Under the pieces are notes generated by a model that was not told the DNA's origin, made no database searches, and saw only the letters and a program-made list of their open reading frames with translations. A program made the position numbers and the translations under genes. From the IMG/VR virus record IMGVR_UViG_2061766007_003336: a stretch of 60,088 nucleotides of DNA. One strand, 5' to 3'. Positions 57,709 through 60,088 of the stretch are shown here, piece by piece (the first letter of the stretch is position 1; every line of letters begins with the position of its first letter). This DNA is from an uncultured virus (IMG/VR IMGVR_UViG_2061766007_003336). Its lineage: Duplodnaviria > Heunggongvirae > Uroviricota > Caudoviricetes.

Positions 57709-58417
57709 CGGCAGCCGCCTTTTTCTTCTGCGCCGGTTTCTTTGCAGCTGCAGTCTGCGTTACCGGAACGACCTTCAGCTCATACTGAGGCTGATAAGTC
57801 TTTGAAATTATAAGACCTGTCATCATGTCAGCATGCGCCTTGATTTCCTGAAGAAATTCCTCAGGCTCGGCGCATTTCATCGGCGTACAGTCTGCTTTCG
57901 CCAGAATGACACGGACATTCTTCAATGCTTTCGCATTGATCTCCGGCAGGCCTTCCTGCTCGTGCGCTACCGGCACGAGAGTCTTGACGAGCACGATCCT
58001 CTGTCTGACCTCGTAGACTGCCGTAACGTCAACACCTACCTTAACCTGTTTGATTTCTTTGACTTTCTGAACTTCCAATTTGCCTTCCTGATTTTTTACG
58101 ACAAACATTTTCTCCTCCACTATGCAAAAACGTTCTACGGCGCGTGCGTGGTCGTCGCAGCACACCATGTTATATGCGCAATACGCACGGGACGCATTGC
58201 ACCAGCTCTTTGTTTTCGGGCACCTCCCGTGAAGATGCCGTTTGCTTTCCCTGAATTTTTCAGCGTCTTTCGGTACGACCATTAACTGACTTAACGCTGC
58301 TGCTGAAGCTTCTGCGCACCCGCCGCACGCAGGGCAGCGGGATTGCAGAACGTAGTTAGGAACTCCGTCAGTTTCCAGGGTCAGCTTGGGACACATTACC
58401 CAGCCTTTCCTGTCCAT
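57686..58417 (-). CDS. Cys-rich (zinc-binding) hypothetical protein
   Basis: Multiple Cys clusters in the N-terminal half; GGAGG RBS. Confidence 0.7.
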   Translation of the reverse strand: MDRKGWVMCPKLTLETDGVPNYVLQSRCPACGGCAEASAAALSQLMVVPKDAEKFRESKRHLHGRCPKTKSWCNASRAYCAYNMVCCDDHARAVERFCIVEEKMFVVKNQEGKLEVQKVKEIKQVKVGVDVTAVYEVRQRIVLVKTLVPVAHEQEGLPEINAKALKNVRVILAKADCTPMKCAEPEEFLQEIKAHADMMTGLIISKTYQPQYELKVVPVTQTAAAKKPAQKKKAAADDGSQNA

Positions 58418-58429
58418 ACTGAGCCTCCC

Positions 58430-59353
58430 TTAGAACGGGAGATCGTCATCGTCGTCGCCGAGAATAGCGTTTCCGATGTCCTCAGAGCCCATTGACGGCG
58501 GGACTTCATACGCCGGTTTCTCAGGCTGCGGGGCTGCCTGCGCCGTAGGGACTGACTCCTGCTGTGGAGTCGCCGTCCTTCCGGACTTGGCGGCAAGCTG
58601 TTCATGCGCCTTAAGGTTTTTCTCAGACATGCGCTTGAACATCTGCTCATACAGCTCCATTACCTTGGAATTGATGCCTGCCACGATTTTCACTGCATCA
58701 CCATCCAGGCCGGCTCCGACTTCGATTTCCTTGCTGAACCGTCCGACAGAACCCTGCTGGATTGATTCGCTGACAGCCGAGAGTACACATACGTTGTTGC
58801 TCGGGAACGGGTTGGGGTTGCCCTGTGCCACGAGCATCTGTCTGAATGTGTTCTTCAGGTTGACGAGTGTCCTGACGTTGTTCAGCGTGGAAATGTACCT
58901 TGCAAGCTGGAACGGCTCATCGGTTCCTTCAGGACGGAACAGAAAGACTGCCGTCTGCCCGAGAGGACGGCGGTACAGCTTGTTTCCGTCAGCATCCTTT
59001 GCTTCCGCATAAGGACACTCTTTGCAGACAAAGCCCTTGTTGCTGTAGACCCTGTCGTGGCTGCTGCATACCACAGTGTTGCTCTTGTCGTCACGCAGTG
59101 TGCAGCGGCACTGCGTTTCCTTGATCTCAGAGAGGAAGATAACTTCGATCTTCTTCTTCAGAATCGGGTCCGAGTTCCCGGGGTGCGAGAACTTGAACAT
59201 CCCTGACTTGTCGATGCTGCACCTCCACGGTACGAACATCGTTCTTGAAGTGGGATCACTGGGATCTTCCGGAACGATCCAGCGGTCCAGCCCAAGGATC
59301 TGACTGGCGGTAATCGTCGTTGCAGCCGCCCCTGCGTTAGCTTTTGCCATCAT
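58430..59353 (-). CDS. putative phage ssDNA-binding / recombination protein
   Basis: Acidic tail GDDDDDLPF, a CSS.D.....G..CKECPY motif, and position heading the nuclease cluster. Confidence 0.65.
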   Translation of the reverse strand: MMAKANAGAAATTITASQILGLDRWIVPEDPSDPTSRTMFVPWRCSIDKSGMFKFSHPGNSDPILKKKIEVIFLSEIKETQCRCTLRDDKSNTVVCSSHDRVYSNKGFVCKECPYAEAKDADGNKLYRRPLGQTAVFLFRPEGTDEPFQLARYISTLNNVRTLVNLKNTFRQMLVAQGNPNPFPSNNVCVLSAVSESIQQGSVGRFSKEIEVGAGLDGDAVKIVAGINSKVMELYEQMFKRMSEKNLKAHEQLAAKSGRTATPQQESVPTAQAAPQPEKPAYEVPPSMGSEDIGNAILGDDDDDLPF

Positions 59354-59384
59354 GGCCTCCCTATTATAATGAGGGTTGATAATC

Positions 59385-59418
59385 GGAGACGGAAAACCTT
59401 CTCCATATACTTATGACA
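59385..59418 (-). promoter_or_regulatory. recurring TGTCATAAGTA motif with hairpin
   Basis: TACTTATGACA at 59408-59418; GGAGA/TCTCC hairpin at 59385-59404. Confidence 0.6.
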
Positions 59419-59430
59419 TTTCTGCGCATA

Positions 59431-59766
59431 CTAAAATTTTTTCTTATACCGGCTTTCAGATTCAAGAAGCGTCGACTGCGACCAGCAGTCTATATAAATA
59501 TCCTGATCGGGGAGATTGATTCCGGAAGCACTCGGCACGTCACTGTCTTCGATTGACAGGATGAACCCGTCAGGAGCACACTTGACGACCCTGTAAGGTT
59601 TTTCGACCGGGGTGTAAGCCGGGCCGCTGGCGTCGGAAGTCATTGAACCATGCCCTACGCAGTACCACGCTCCGAGTTCCCTGCGGTACACGAAAGGCCC
59701 TTCGTACGATCCGCAGTGTTCGCATCTTATCGGTTTGCCGTCCTTATCCGTCTGTACTTCGGTCAT
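59431..59766 (-). CDS. small zinc-finger-like protein
   Basis: CEHC...WYCVGH. Confidence 0.6.
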   Translation of the reverse strand: MTEVQTDKDGKPIRCEHCGSYEGPFVYRRELGAWYCVGHGSMTSDASGPAYTPVEKPYRVVKCAPDGFILSIEDSDVPSASGINLPDQDIYIDCWSQSTLLESESRYKKKF

Positions 59767-60088
59767 TGTTTCCCCCTTGTTACCACTACGGGTTTCACCA
59801 GCACCTTCCGGTTATAGATCATGTTCATCAGCAGATCCTTTCTCCCGTTACGCTTCGGCAGTTTTGTGCAGCACTTCCAGGCCAGTTCGCACCGGTACTC
59901 TAGCTCTGGCCTTGCGAGAAAAAATCCTTGAACAGCTCCGTAAACCTGGAGTTCAGGAGACGGCCTGCGTAGAGGAATACCCTGTACAATGCCTTGCCGC
60001 GTGCAACACCTTCGGCAACGGAAACATTCAGTGCCGAACTGGAATCCGAAACTGCGATTACGTAGCTGAGCAGATACCAGAGCTCAGG
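59763..60088 (-). CDS. 3' part of a gene with an apparent -1 frameshift
   Basis: The frame from the window edge stops at 59900-59902; the -1 frame continues to a TGA overlapping the next ATG. Confidence 0.4.

Noticed and set aside
1..60088. Stop-codon reassignment
   Set aside because: Conserved genes are full-length in the standard code, and TAA, TAG and TGA all end genes adjacent to the next start.

Overview
This is a 60-kb segment of a large tailed dsDNA phage or prophage with myovirus-type baseplate and tail-fibre genes, read in the standard genetic code. Overlapping spanin-like genes suggest a Gram-negative host. It carries a DNA-metabolism block (C5 methyltransferase, SNF2 helicase, thymidylate kinase, family-A DNA polymerase, HD hydrolase), many small hypothetical genes, a lysis cassette, a head protease and virion genes, baseplate and fibre genes, and a recombination/SSB block. 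There is a 50-N assembly gap at 52604-52653. The most unusual content is: (i) a 653-aa retron-like reverse transcriptase with a ~250-aa unknown N-terminal extension, a long insertion and a YSDN catalytic motif, overlapping an upstream pentapeptide-repeat gene; (ii) a ~1.1-kb non-coding region (8769-9848) made of very long rod-like hairpins; (iii) two more structured non-coding units at 33696-34490; and (iv) a recurring promoter-like motif (TGTCATAAG/GGTATAAG followed by a hairpin) in front of the RT operon and all of these non-coding units, suggesting a co-regulated RT plus ncRNA system. An orphan IS200/IS605-type right end (omegaRNA-like scaffold) and an NrdR-like box were also noticed. All calls come from motif reading by eye; no database searches or folding programs were run.
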